Virus record (IMG/VR): IMGVR_UViG_3300025759_000004
Location: 1-61,509 of that record
Length of the DNA stretch: 61,509 nt
DNA from: a virus
Taxonomy: Duplodnaviria; Caudoviricetes
Reading direction: 5' to 3' (one strand)
The position numbers and the translations under genes were made by a program. The stretch's first letter is position 1, and each line of letters opens with the position of its first letter. Below, one piece after another: positions 37,501-46,800 of the stretch. The notes under the pieces are model-generated. The model was not told the DNA's origin and did no database searches. It saw nothing but the letters and a program-made list of their open reading frames with translations.

Positions 37501-39563
37501 AAACAGAGTTTAATAGTAGCGTTAAACTATATGGTAGAGTAACAAATTTAACCGGAACTCAGTCTACTTCAATAATAAATCAACAATATTTTCCAGCTCC
37601 AATTCCTGATACAGTAACCTTAATAGGTTCTCAAAGGGAGCTTTTTGGGCCTGCTGATTATACAACAACTGACTCTGGGTTTTTAAATGGATTATGTTTA
37701 TATCCCGGTTTTGCAGTTCAATATAACGAAGAAAGTCTTGATCCCAGTGGTAATGTTTCTGGATCTTTAAGAAAATATACAAATATAAATCCTTTAGTAG
37801 CTAGAATAAATACTATTAACCCTATAGGGGAAACAGAAAATGAATTTACAACAAATGCAAATAGAACATATCCTAACTCTATGTATTTGGCTGTTTATGA
37901 AACTGCACCTACAGAATCAGTATTAGATATATATTGGGAAACATCCACGTCAGGTTTAATTTCTGATTTAAACAATGCCGTATTAAGCTCATCAACATCT
38001 GAGCTGCCTACAGGATTATCTACTTTTACCTTTGCTATTGAAGAAGACGATGCCGCAGGAACTCCCGTTACCTCTGCATTTTTTCCAACAAATTCAAATG
38101 GCGACATTGCTAATACAACAGGAGAATTAATACAGGTTTTTTCTAAAGATATATATGGAAATTTAAACTATTCAGTTAATAGAGCTACAGTACCCGGGGG
38201 TACAAATGAATTTTCTTTAATTCAACAGAGTAATGGCTCCTATAAAATACAAGTAAATATTCCTCAAGCTTATTTAGAAAATTCTGAATTATTAGACTAT
38301 TATTTATTTGTAATGGAATTTACATCTGAGACCGGTGAATCAGTAACTTTAAACGCGGAATCTACTCTTGTAAATAAACCACCAGGGTTTTTACCTAATA
38401 TACATAGTTCGCAAACTGACCCCACTGAGTTGTTCATATTGACGGATGTAAGCGCAGAAGAAATTTTTATTATGGGAAATACTGCGCAAGGTGCTGTTAC
38501 GAACAATAGATTGGTAGCTACTAACGGAAGTGTTAATAACGAAAAAAGACATATAGGGAATACTGTAGAAATTATAGCCGGGACTAAAGTATTCAACAGT
38601 GTAGCCACAGAACTAATACTTAATGATCCAACTCAAGATGATGAGTTTTATATTCCTTTTACATATTCTACGGCTTACACAACACAAAATTTAAATGGTG
38701 CACCCACATATCCTATAATGAGAAGATCAGAATACGGGCCAATGACTGCGGGCGCATTTTATGAATTAACTATACAAGTTACGGATCCTGGAGGGCTTTC
38801 TAATACTTGTAAAGTACAATGGGTAGCAGGGTTAAAAAGATATGACGGATTTGTTACTTGGTCTCCCTATGTTAATCAAAGTTCTTGGTCTGGTAATGAT
38901 GTTCCTAATGACCTTCCATATCTGCAAAAATTAAATAATCGGGTTGTAGGGGGTTATGATCAAAACACTGTTGCTTTTGATGGAAATTTTTGGAGCTTGA
39001 CCGCGCCAGGGGTGTCAAACCCTGGGCATTTTCAAGGCGCTATAAAAAGAGGACTTGTTTGCAACTGGACAGATCAAATTAAAGTAGTAGCAGCAATAGC
39101 ATATAAAGGGTCTCACACTGGTGCGGATCCTGGGACCAAAATAGAAGGAAGAGCAGCGGCTACAGACGGTAATATTCCTCCCAGTAATACATTTTTTGAC
39201 TCCGCATTAGCGGCAGGAGGTCAAACATATAGAGTGTTGGGTACTTTAGAGCCTTTTAATCCAACTTCGGAAGAGTTAGCAGAAGGTGTTGTACCTGGAA
39301 TGGTTGGAACAACAACATCTGGGCAATCTTATGATTATGAAGGATGTATTCTGCCTAATGTTCAAATTGAAATAACGGAAAACACACTTACAGGAGGAGC
39401 TGGAGAAAGCGGAGAAGTAATATTTATGGCGCATGCGCAAAACAGCGCGGCTAATTTGCCTATAGCCCCTACCGCTGCGAACGAATTAAAGTACGCGGCT
39501 TACACTGTACCACCATTTATAAATGGACAAGATGGTGCGGATTTCCCGTATTATCCTCAGTAA
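34596..39563 (+). CDS. Tail stabilisation/nozzle protein, N-terminal part, with inserted FISUMP-like domain
   Basis: MNKDLDARLLPQGEYRDAQN, LFWTDNNNQPRKLN, GNRIMYANF motifs. Confidence 0.75.
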   Translation: MAKITNAFIKSKMNKDLDARLLPQGEYRDAQNIQISQSENSDVGSVQNVLGNVQVFSFEGQLGVSGLVSIGILADQDKSDIYLFLTNDTDHFIIKYNNQSSALNILTQGSYLNFNKNTRVNGITLIEDLLFWTDNNNQPRKLNVQTAVGNPNYYTNEQHISVAKFAPYKAPRLVDLSSTADIKPSTMSNAADLPTVLIGTLQWTTVNLNVDKLNDGTAIVEATDLSEWQNFDANNQPAWCYYDFNPANGEVYGKLYNKHAAEHPKIAPNGYRVAKKNDWTTLINGVGGVANANRIKNTNSSPIVDQQGNNNWPAFYVAGTWAAGQQGDFDTNVFFNSRPGGYADGIGGPGLTGFLKIGGSGAPLSSNPDEAVKYWAIQVGNPAEEVLVSGTNNNIVKQAIPATGTPGYYIRCIRDDNYEGWNGDPAYMQDKFLTFSYRFKFDDNEYSLIAPFTQAAFVPNQNGYFYDGDEDATFRSTIVEFMQNNINNLVLNIELPSGSPYKDYKITEIDIIVKESDGVVYKVVESIPVDDSFDVLYTDRITTTTAIGTYTATKIVTTDLLNGIIPGYYLEEINGVALPAPVLVVAVEYNPTTTPPQYEITMEGAVTYSDGDTFSWDYSPTPVYQYEYESTKPYKTLPEREVVRVYDEVPIRAKAQETAGNRIMYANFVANHASLNSLDYEISADEKNLQETTEYPNHNIKQNRNYKVGIVLADKWGRQSDVILSKYDNLLNEFGEFQKGSNLFHNFKSPNFLPLLNAWDGDQLKIKMNDIIPEEQNFSGIAGYPGTYAIGKYWLTEFPDIINFQPPEKYFRFDSINANGTYVYKLDKLFDNWATTYSEYFNSSKYLRGYYNDYIGIVSATIDGAGVVTLTTLEKISNEYLFEYTSTDIDVSGSKGNAVYDINELGYYSYRIVVQQKQQDYYNVYLPGIVNGYPINDFNDERNQTAHIVLINDNINKIPRDLKEVGPVQTEFNSSVKLYGRVTNLTGTQSTSIINQQYFPAPIPDTVTLIGSQRELFGPADYTTTDSGFLNGLCLYPGFAVQYNEESLDPSGNVSGSLRKYTNINPLVARINTINPIGETENEFTTNANRTYPNSMYLAVYETAPTESVLDIYWETSTSGLISDLNNAVLSSSTSELPTGLSTFTFAIEEDDAAGTPVTSAFFPTNSNGDIANTTGELIQVFSKDIYGNLNYSVNRATVPGGTNEFSLIQQSNGSYKIQVNIPQAYLENSELLDYYLFVMEFTSETGESVTLNAESTLVNKPPGFLPNIHSSQTDPTELFILTDVSAEEIFIMGNTAQGAVTNNRLVATNGSVNNEKRHIGNTVEIIAGTKVFNSVATELILNDPTQDDEFYIPFTYSTAYTTQNLNGAPTYPIMRRSEYGPMTAGAFYELTIQVTDPGGLSNTCKVQWVAGLKRYDGFVTWSPYVNQSSWSGNDVPNDLPYLQKLNNRVVGGYDQNTVAFDGNFWSLTAPGVSNPGHFQGAIKRGLVCNWTDQIKVVAAIAYKGSHTGADPGTKIEGRAAATDGNIPPSNTFFDSALAAGGQTYRVLGTLEPFNPTSEELAEGVVPGMVGTTTSGQSYDYEGCILPNVQIEITENTLTGGAGESGEVIFMAHAQNSAANLPIAPTAANELKYAAYTVPPFINGQDGADFPYYPQ

Positions 39564-39592
39564 TTAATTAATTTTATAAGTAATAATTAAAT

Positions 39593-40987
39593 ATGGCAAC
39601 TACATTAGGTATACAATACTATAATTCCTTTTGGCTCAAAAAGAAAGATTTTAGCGATCCCACAAATTTTGCTAAAAGTTGGTATATTGAAGAGTCTAGA
39701 ATTAAGGGAGGATTTAACAATGTAGGTGTTGGTAATGGTTCTAGAGCGTATACAACTTTAAAAGACAACTCGCAAAGATTTTTACCAAGCTCTATAATAT
39801 ATTCCGGGATTTACAATTCAAGAACTACAATAAATCAAACTAATGTATTTTCTGTAGCGGAAGATATAACAAAAGCTGTTGATCCTGAATATGGAAGCAT
39901 TCAAAAACTATATGCAGAAGATACAAATTTAACAATATTTCAAGAAAGTAAAATACATAGAGCGTTAATAGATAAAGATGCGGTTTATACTGCTGAAGGA
40001 AGCGCTATGACCACTACTAGTAATGTTGTAATTGGACAAATTCAAGCTTATGCTGGCGAATATGGCATATCACAAAATCCAGAAAGCTTTGCTGTATATG
40101 GCTATAGAAAATATTTTGCTGACAAAGATAGATCTGCTATATTAAGATTGTCACAAGACGGTATTACAGAAATATCATCATATGGTATGAAGGATTGGTT
40201 TAGAGATGCTTTAGGTCAAAATACATTAAATAATCTTATTGTTGGTGGTTGGGATATACATAATAAAAACTATACTTTATCAATACAGAATTTAACAAAT
40301 AATTACACATTAGTTTACGACGAATCAGTGCAGGGTTGGGTTAGCTTTCATAGCTATGTACCTGAATTTATTTTTAGTTTAAAAAATAGATTCTTTTCAA
40401 CAGGAGGTAGTGGTACAAATGCTGGATTATGGCAACATTATGCAGACTCTACATCAAGAGGAAGCTATTATGGAGAATCCATTCAAAGGTCATCAATTAC
40501 TTTTATATTTAATCCTGTACCATCAGCTCAGAAAACTTTTAAAACAATTGCGTACGAAGGATCTAATGGGTGGGAGATGTTAAACGCATTTAGTGGTAGT
40601 CAGGGAGCTCAAGCAATTATTCCAGGGCAATCAAATATTTCAACATTTGCAGACAGGTCTAATAAAATTAGAAGTTATTTAGAAGGTTCTTATGATTCAG
40701 CTACACCGCCTAATACTGGTTCAGCGGCATCGCAGTATCCAATATATCATTCAGGCTTTGATATTAAAGAAAATAAATATGTGGGTGCTTTACAGAAAAG
40801 CTCTAAAACATCGGTAATGCCGGGACAGGTGTTATTTAATTTAAATCCGGCGTTTGCGCAGCCAACATTAGGAATAAAAGGTTATTTTATGACTGTAACC
40901 ATGAGCACTGATAACTCAACTGATGTAGGAGGTGGTAAAGAATTATTTGCTGTATCCTCAGAATATAACCCACTTAATGGATATTAA
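39593..40987 (+). CDS. Tail stabilisation protein, C-terminal-like part
   Basis: YGSIQKL, YAGEYGISQNPESFA, GWVSFHSYVPE, KTFKTIAYEG motifs. Confidence 0.7.
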   Translation: MATTLGIQYYNSFWLKKKDFSDPTNFAKSWYIEESRIKGGFNNVGVGNGSRAYTTLKDNSQRFLPSSIIYSGIYNSRTTINQTNVFSVAEDITKAVDPEYGSIQKLYAEDTNLTIFQESKIHRALIDKDAVYTAEGSAMTTTSNVVIGQIQAYAGEYGISQNPESFAVYGYRKYFADKDRSAILRLSQDGITEISSYGMKDWFRDALGQNTLNNLIVGGWDIHNKNYTLSIQNLTNNYTLVYDESVQGWVSFHSYVPEFIFSLKNRFFSTGGSGTNAGLWQHYADSTSRGSYYGESIQRSSITFIFNPVPSAQKTFKTIAYEGSNGWEMLNAFSGSQGAQAIIPGQSNISTFADRSNKIRSYLEGSYDSATPPNTGSAASQYPIYHSGFDIKENKYVGALQKSSKTSVMPGQVLFNLNPAFAQPTLGIKGYFMTVTMSTDNSTDVGGGKELFAVSSEYNPLNGY

Positions 40988-41472
40988 TGGAATCAAATTT
41001 AATTAAATTAGAAAAAGAATTTACTTTACAATTAGAAAAACTACAAGAATATATTATATCATTAAATTCTGATCAAATTTTAGTTGGTAAAGAAAGCGAA
41101 AAAATTGCGCCAATAAAGCATACTTTTTCCGAGGGCATTTTAACAAGAGAAATGCATGCTCAAAAAGGCAATGTTTTAATTGGTAAAATACATAAGTACG
41201 ACCATGCGTGGTTTTTAATGAAAGGAAAACTATTAATGGGAACTCCAGAAGGCAATAAAGAAATTAAAGCTCCAGCATGGGGCACATCACCTGCTGGAAC
41301 AAAAAGAATTGCATATGTTATGGAAGACAGCGTTTTTATAAATGTTTTTCCAGATTTAAATAATACAAAAGATATTGAGCAAATTGTTAATAATGTTACT
41401 TTTGATAAATATGAAAGTTTTGAAAAATTTGCATTAAAACAAAATGAAATTAAAAAAATAGATAAAAAATGA
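40987..41472 (+). CDS. Cupin-like conserved phage protein
   Basis: HTFSEGILTREM...GKIHKYDH...AP...SPAGTKR. Confidence 0.65.
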   Translation: MESNLIKLEKEFTLQLEKLQEYIISLNSDQILVGKESEKIAPIKHTFSEGILTREMHAQKGNVLIGKIHKYDHAWFLMKGKLLMGTPEGNKEIKAPAWGTSPAGTKRIAYVMEDSVFINVFPDLNNTKDIEQIVNNVTFDKYESFEKFALKQNEIKKIDKK

Positions 41473-42200
41473 GTGTAATAGGTGTTGCCGTAATTGGTAC
41501 TGTTGGTTCTTCTGTGTATGGAGCATATTCAGCTAACCAACAAGCTAAAGATGCTAAAGGCCAGATGAACAACGCAAATCGGGCTATTGCTGAGCTAGAG
41601 GCTAATAGACAAGATATTATAGATCCTTATGCAGGATTTCAAAACGTTAGTAACATTGCTCAAGATCTAAGCGATATGATGAGTAATGCTTATGCAAATC
41701 TTGGAGTCTCAACAAAAGCCGCAGAAATTCAAATGGAAGAAACTGATATAGCGCTAGCTAATACATTAGATACTTTAAGAGCTAGCGGATCAAGTGCTGG
41801 AGGCGCTACAGCTTTAGCTCAAGCAGCGGCAAGATCTAAAAAAGGTGTTTCTGCTACTATTGAAAAACAAGAAGCTGATAATGAAAAATTAAGAGCACAA
41901 GGTGAAATGCAATTACAAGACAGAAGAATTGCTGAACAACAAAGGTTGCAAGGTATACAGATGTCAGAAGAAATTAGGATGCAGGACGCCGAAGCTCAAG
42001 GTAAGGTATTTGAATTTAATGCACAAGAACAAAGAGACGTAATGAAACTTAATAGACTTTCAGGTTTATCACAGCAATATCAAGCGCAACAAGCGGCCGC
42101 GTTAGGAGCAAGATCTTCTGCCATAGCTGGTGGCATATCAGGTTTAACATCTATAGCAACTTCAGGGATGGGTGGCCAACCTTGGTTTACAACAACATAA
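41469..42200 (+). CDS. Putative internal virion/ejection protein
   Basis: Hydrophobic Gly/Ala termini, Q/A-rich coiled coil. Confidence 0.65.
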   Translation: MSVIGVAVIGTVGSSVYGAYSANQQAKDAKGQMNNANRAIAELEANRQDIIDPYAGFQNVSNIAQDLSDMMSNAYANLGVSTKAAEIQMEETDIALANTLDTLRASGSSAGGATALAQAAARSKKGVSATIEKQEADNEKLRAQGEMQLQDRRIAEQQRLQGIQMSEEIRMQDAEAQGKVFEFNAQEQRDVMKLNRLSGLSQQYQAQQAAALGARSSAIAGGISGLTSIATSGMGGQPWFTTT

Positions 42201-42205
42201 TAAAT

Positions 42206-43873
42206 ATGGGAGCATACGATAATCCACAAATAATAATAGACCGTTCAGCCGAGGTTTGGGGTAAACTAGCGTCAGACATTGGCGAAAAATTTAGCCAATA
42301 TGCTAAATACAAAGCAGAAAAAGAAGAAAAAGACAAGCTTAGAAGAGAACGCGATGCTCAACTTGAAGTCGAGGTAAATTTAGCTACTTTACAATCTCAA
42401 AAAGAAGGTTTTAAAAAGGTTACACCTTTATTAAAGCAAGGCGACGTTAATGACGAATTAATGGCGGCAAGTGAGCGTATGAAAAATGCGCAACTACAAT
42501 TACGTACAAATGCTGTAAATTTAACGCCTGAAGAAAAAAAACAATATTATGCAGATATAGATAATTTTGATTCCGAGGTTAATAAGTACTCATCTATAGG
42601 GGAATATGTGCAAGGTGTAATTACTTATATAGACACAGATACTAACGGAACGTTTGGTAGCGACTGGACTTTTACATCGGCTTCACCAGATAAGGCCGGA
42701 GAAGACTATATATGGTGGACCGCTATGTCTGGCACAAATAATAAGTATACCCGTGAAACAAAAAAAGATAAAAACGGTAATATACAAATTAACTTTAAAG
42801 ATGAAAGTGGTACAGTTGTAGCTAGCAAAAGTGTTAATGAGTTATACTCTATGGCTACAAATAAAACTAGAGCCACTGCAAAGATACCAAAACAAAATGT
42901 GCTTGCTTCAAACATGTTAAATGACATCAATATAACGGTTGATGGAGTATTTAATACTTCTCTGCTTGATGCTTCATTGCAAACTAGAACTAAAATGGCT
43001 GATGGTAAGCGAACTTTTGAAACCCAGTATTTATCAAAAGAAGCACAAGCTAAAATTAACGCTAAAATTGAAGCTCAAGCTGCTGCAGATTTAAGCGGTA
43101 CGCCTGATGAAATTCAACATAATTTAAAAACATTATGGAACTATACATTTAAAAACGGGTCAACTCAACCTTTTAATGAATGGTACGCGGACAAAAGCAT
43201 TGACCACAAAGCAGAACTTGTTAGAGAATACAAAGAGGCGGCTGCTGGTGTTATGAAATTAGCTATTGATGAAAATGGTAATTTTTATAAATCTGGAGGC
43301 GTTAGAGATATACCTAAGCCATCTTCCAAGTCTAATCAAAATGTATTACCTAACGAAATAACATCTTTAAAAAGAGAGTTTGGATATGGACAGGCTACAG
43401 CAGAAAACATTGTGCAGGGAACCGTTCCTTATAATGACACTATAGCTGAAATGGAGGGTATATCCACCGCAGAAGATTTATTAAGTTTATTAAATTCTAA
43501 AGATACTAAAAATAGTTACGTTAATGGTAAAGATCTTTTAATATTAGCAGGAGAATTAAGCGAAGGCGACACAATGGAAGCAGCACAAAAAGTGGCTAAT
43601 GAAAAGAAAATAGACCTTAACGCTGTTTATAATACCAAAAACCCGCGTAAGCCTTATACAATAAATGATTTTGGACTTATTCAATCATTGCTATTTGATT
43701 TAAATGGAGGTACACCTGCACAATTAAAAGCAATAAAAGGTCATCAAAATACTGTAAAGCAGCGTGAAGAAAGAAAAAAGCAAGATTGGATAGATAATTA
43801 CAAAGCTAATAACCCAGACGTAACAGATACAGATGCTTTAATAGCGTATAAACTAGAAATGGCTAATAAATAA
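42206..43873 (+). CDS. Putative internal virion/ejection protein
   Basis: Second of three increasing-size genes after the tail module; ATG start at 42206. Confidence 0.6.
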   Translation: MGAYDNPQIIIDRSAEVWGKLASDIGEKFSQYAKYKAEKEEKDKLRRERDAQLEVEVNLATLQSQKEGFKKVTPLLKQGDVNDELMAASERMKNAQLQLRTNAVNLTPEEKKQYYADIDNFDSEVNKYSSIGEYVQGVITYIDTDTNGTFGSDWTFTSASPDKAGEDYIWWTAMSGTNNKYTRETKKDKNGNIQINFKDESGTVVASKSVNELYSMATNKTRATAKIPKQNVLASNMLNDINITVDGVFNTSLLDASLQTRTKMADGKRTFETQYLSKEAQAKINAKIEAQAAADLSGTPDEIQHNLKTLWNYTFKNGSTQPFNEWYADKSIDHKAELVREYKEAAAGVMKLAIDENGNFYKSGGVRDIPKPSSKSNQNVLPNEITSLKREFGYGQATAENIVQGTVPYNDTIAEMEGISTAEDLLSLLNSKDTKNSYVNGKDLLILAGELSEGDTMEAAQKVANEKKIDLNAVYNTKNPRKPYTINDFGLIQSLLFDLNGGTPAQLKAIKGHQNTVKQREERKKQDWIDNYKANNPDVTDTDALIAYKLEMANK

Positions 43874-43883
43874 ATTAAATTTT

Positions 43884-46800
43884 ATGGAGTTAGAAGAGTA
43901 CATTGACAGCCTTGTGGCTCAAGGTTTGTCTCAAGAAGAAATAAAAAAATTAGTAGACGAGTTTATTGCTAATGGTAATCAAGTTCCTGAAGCTAATATA
44001 GAATTTAAACAAGCGGTAGGGCAAAAGCCTTTAGAAATAGCAAAGATAAATGTCGGTGTGCCGGGTGCAGTTGCATCGACGGAAATACTAGCACCAAAGT
44101 CGGAATCATTATTGGAAGATGGTTTTGTGGAATCAGTATTGGCTCCAGATACACCGGAAAATAATTTAGAAAGACGAGCACAAGGATTTATACCCCCTAA
44201 TCATTACTTAATTAAGCAAGGAGACAAAACCCATTTAGATTTTTACGAAGGCATTGATTTTATGGGGCAAACCCCAGAGGATTTTAAGCAAATGGAAATA
44301 AAGCCATGGGATAATTTTTCATTAGAAGATAAAACTAAAGCTAAATTAAAATATAAAGATTTAGATATTGAATTTCCTTATTATTATTTTGGTGACGACA
44401 ATAGTTCTTTTGTAGAAAATAATTATGGTACAGAAGAATTAAAAGCGCTTAATATAGATATAAAAGATTTTGATGGGTTTTTAAAAGAAAGAGGTCTTTC
44501 TGACGACTTTATTAAAAAACAAAACACTGGTTTTTATAAAGCTGAAGTTAGTGATAATCCTTTTAATTTAGACTCATCTGTACAAGCTGAAAACCAAAAT
44601 AAGCTAGACATTGCAAAAGAGAGACAGCTTAGAAAAATGCTTAATCTTTATGTTGAAGACAGAAACAAAAGATCTAGAGAAAAACAGGCTGCTGAATATA
44701 TTTTTTCTAACCCTGAAAATTTAGAAGAACAAGAGCTTATAAAAGCCGCAAAGAAAATAGAAAATGGCCAGCAGGGCTTATTAGACCCTTCATCTTTCAG
44801 CGCTTATTATGAATATCAATTTCCAACATCTACAGCAAAAGATAGAGAATATTTAGCTGCTAAAATTGACGAAGTATCCAGGCTTGAAAGCCAAGGCAAA
44901 GTTAAAGCAGGCTTAATGGGGCTTTTAGATTTTGGATCAAATTTTGTAAGTGGGTTTCAAAATGAAGTGGCAGGTACGGTTGCTACTATAAGTGATGTAT
45001 TAGGATTTGAAAATGCTGCAGATGAAATACGTGTGCAGGAAGAAGAAGAAATGTTAGCGGACCCTAGTATGTCTTATGCTCGCGTTCAAGGTAAAAAAGT
45101 AACTATTGACGATATTGAATACATTAAGAATGAAGACGACGGTCAAATATATAATACCACTGTAGGCTATAATATAGGGTATACAACGTCTCCAATTGAA
45201 TACAAAAGAATTAGCGATGCTTTAGATAAAAGCGAAGAAGAGGGATCGGATTGGGATGCTAGAGGAATGGCTATTCAGGCTGGGCAAGTTACAGGCGGTA
45301 TTACCTTTCAGGTTATTGGAACGAAAGGGTTAGGTGGCATTACCAGCGCTGCAGCAACAAGAGCAGCAGCATATGCTAATGGATTCAAAACAGTTGCTGA
45401 ATATAAAAAGGTTAGAGATTTAGCTCAAGCTATAGGTGGTGCTAAAGTTCCAAATTTTAGGGTTCCTATTAAAAAGTCTACTGTTGACTTAATTACATTT
45501 CAATCAATGTATGGAGCATCCTTGGGTTATGAAGAAACACTAAAGCAAGCTAGAGCTGCTGGATTAGGTGATGATAAATCCTATGAATTAGCAACTAGTG
45601 CTGCAGGGCAAATGTCTGTTTTATTTGCTTTAACCGCTAGATTAAACCCAAGAACAAAAGCAACTGAAGCTTTATTTGGGAAAACAGGTATTAGAAGCCA
45701 AATAACAAAAGCAATTAATTCTTACAAAACAGAAGGGCAAAAAGGGTTTTTAAATAGTCTTACTAATGGTATTAAAAACACAGTGGCTAACCTACCAAAA
45801 ACAGCAACTGTATTTGCAGAAGAAGGTACTAAAGAAGTATTTCAAGAAAATGTTCAGCAGTTTGGTGAATATACAATTATAAATGAAAATATTAATCAAG
45901 AAGTTGGCTTTGATCTTTTAAAAGATACATATACAATTAATGATATTAAAGTTACAACTGCATTATCATTTTTAACAGCAGGAGGTCTTGCAAATGTTAG
46001 AACGCCTAATTTTAAGCCAGATCCATTAAACCAACTTAGAACATTTTATAGTATTGGTTCAGATTTAAATTTGTTAAAAACTAATTTAGATAAAATGGTT
46101 TTAAATGGCGATATTACGCAAGATGAATCTAAAAAGGTTTTTAGAGATGCTAAAGCTGTTTATACACAATTGGATAAGATGCCTTCTAATATTGATCCGT
46201 CAATTACATTAGAAGTTGCTAATGCTTTACAAAATATTCAAGACTTAGAAGTTGAAAAGAAAAATACAGATCCAGCATTTCACGGGCCTATAAACGAAAG
46301 ACTGGAACAAGCTAGACAAGAGCTTGGAGATATTTATATAAACCAAGATGTTACAAAAGCTCAAAGAGCTATGAAAGCTTTAGGCTTAAAAGGCGAAACA
46401 AAAGCGGCAAACACCGATAATGAATTCCAAGGTTATTTAAGAACTTTGGTAGATTCCGATGGCAAACAAATATACACGGAGGAACAAATACAAGATATTA
46501 ATAGAATTGGTGTTTTTGTAGACAATACAGGGGATATATTAATAAATAAGGCAGCGGCTAGAAGATTAGGCGTAACAGAAACAGGTAGACATGAGTTTTT
46601 ACATAGGTTAATTTATACAACTGTAAAAGGAAAGCCAGAACTTATATCTAAAATAGGTAAAGATTTAGATGCATATGTTACTGAATTAATTGCAAAAGGC
46701 GATTTAAAAGGAGGCAAAAACTTTAAAGTAGATTTACAAGGCTATAAAGATAGAGCTTCTGCTAAAATTGATAGAATAAACGAACTAAGACAAAAAGCTA

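Noticed and set aside
34596-39563. Diversity-generating retroelement
   Set aside because: Target-like domain present, but no reverse transcriptase or TR/VR pair seen
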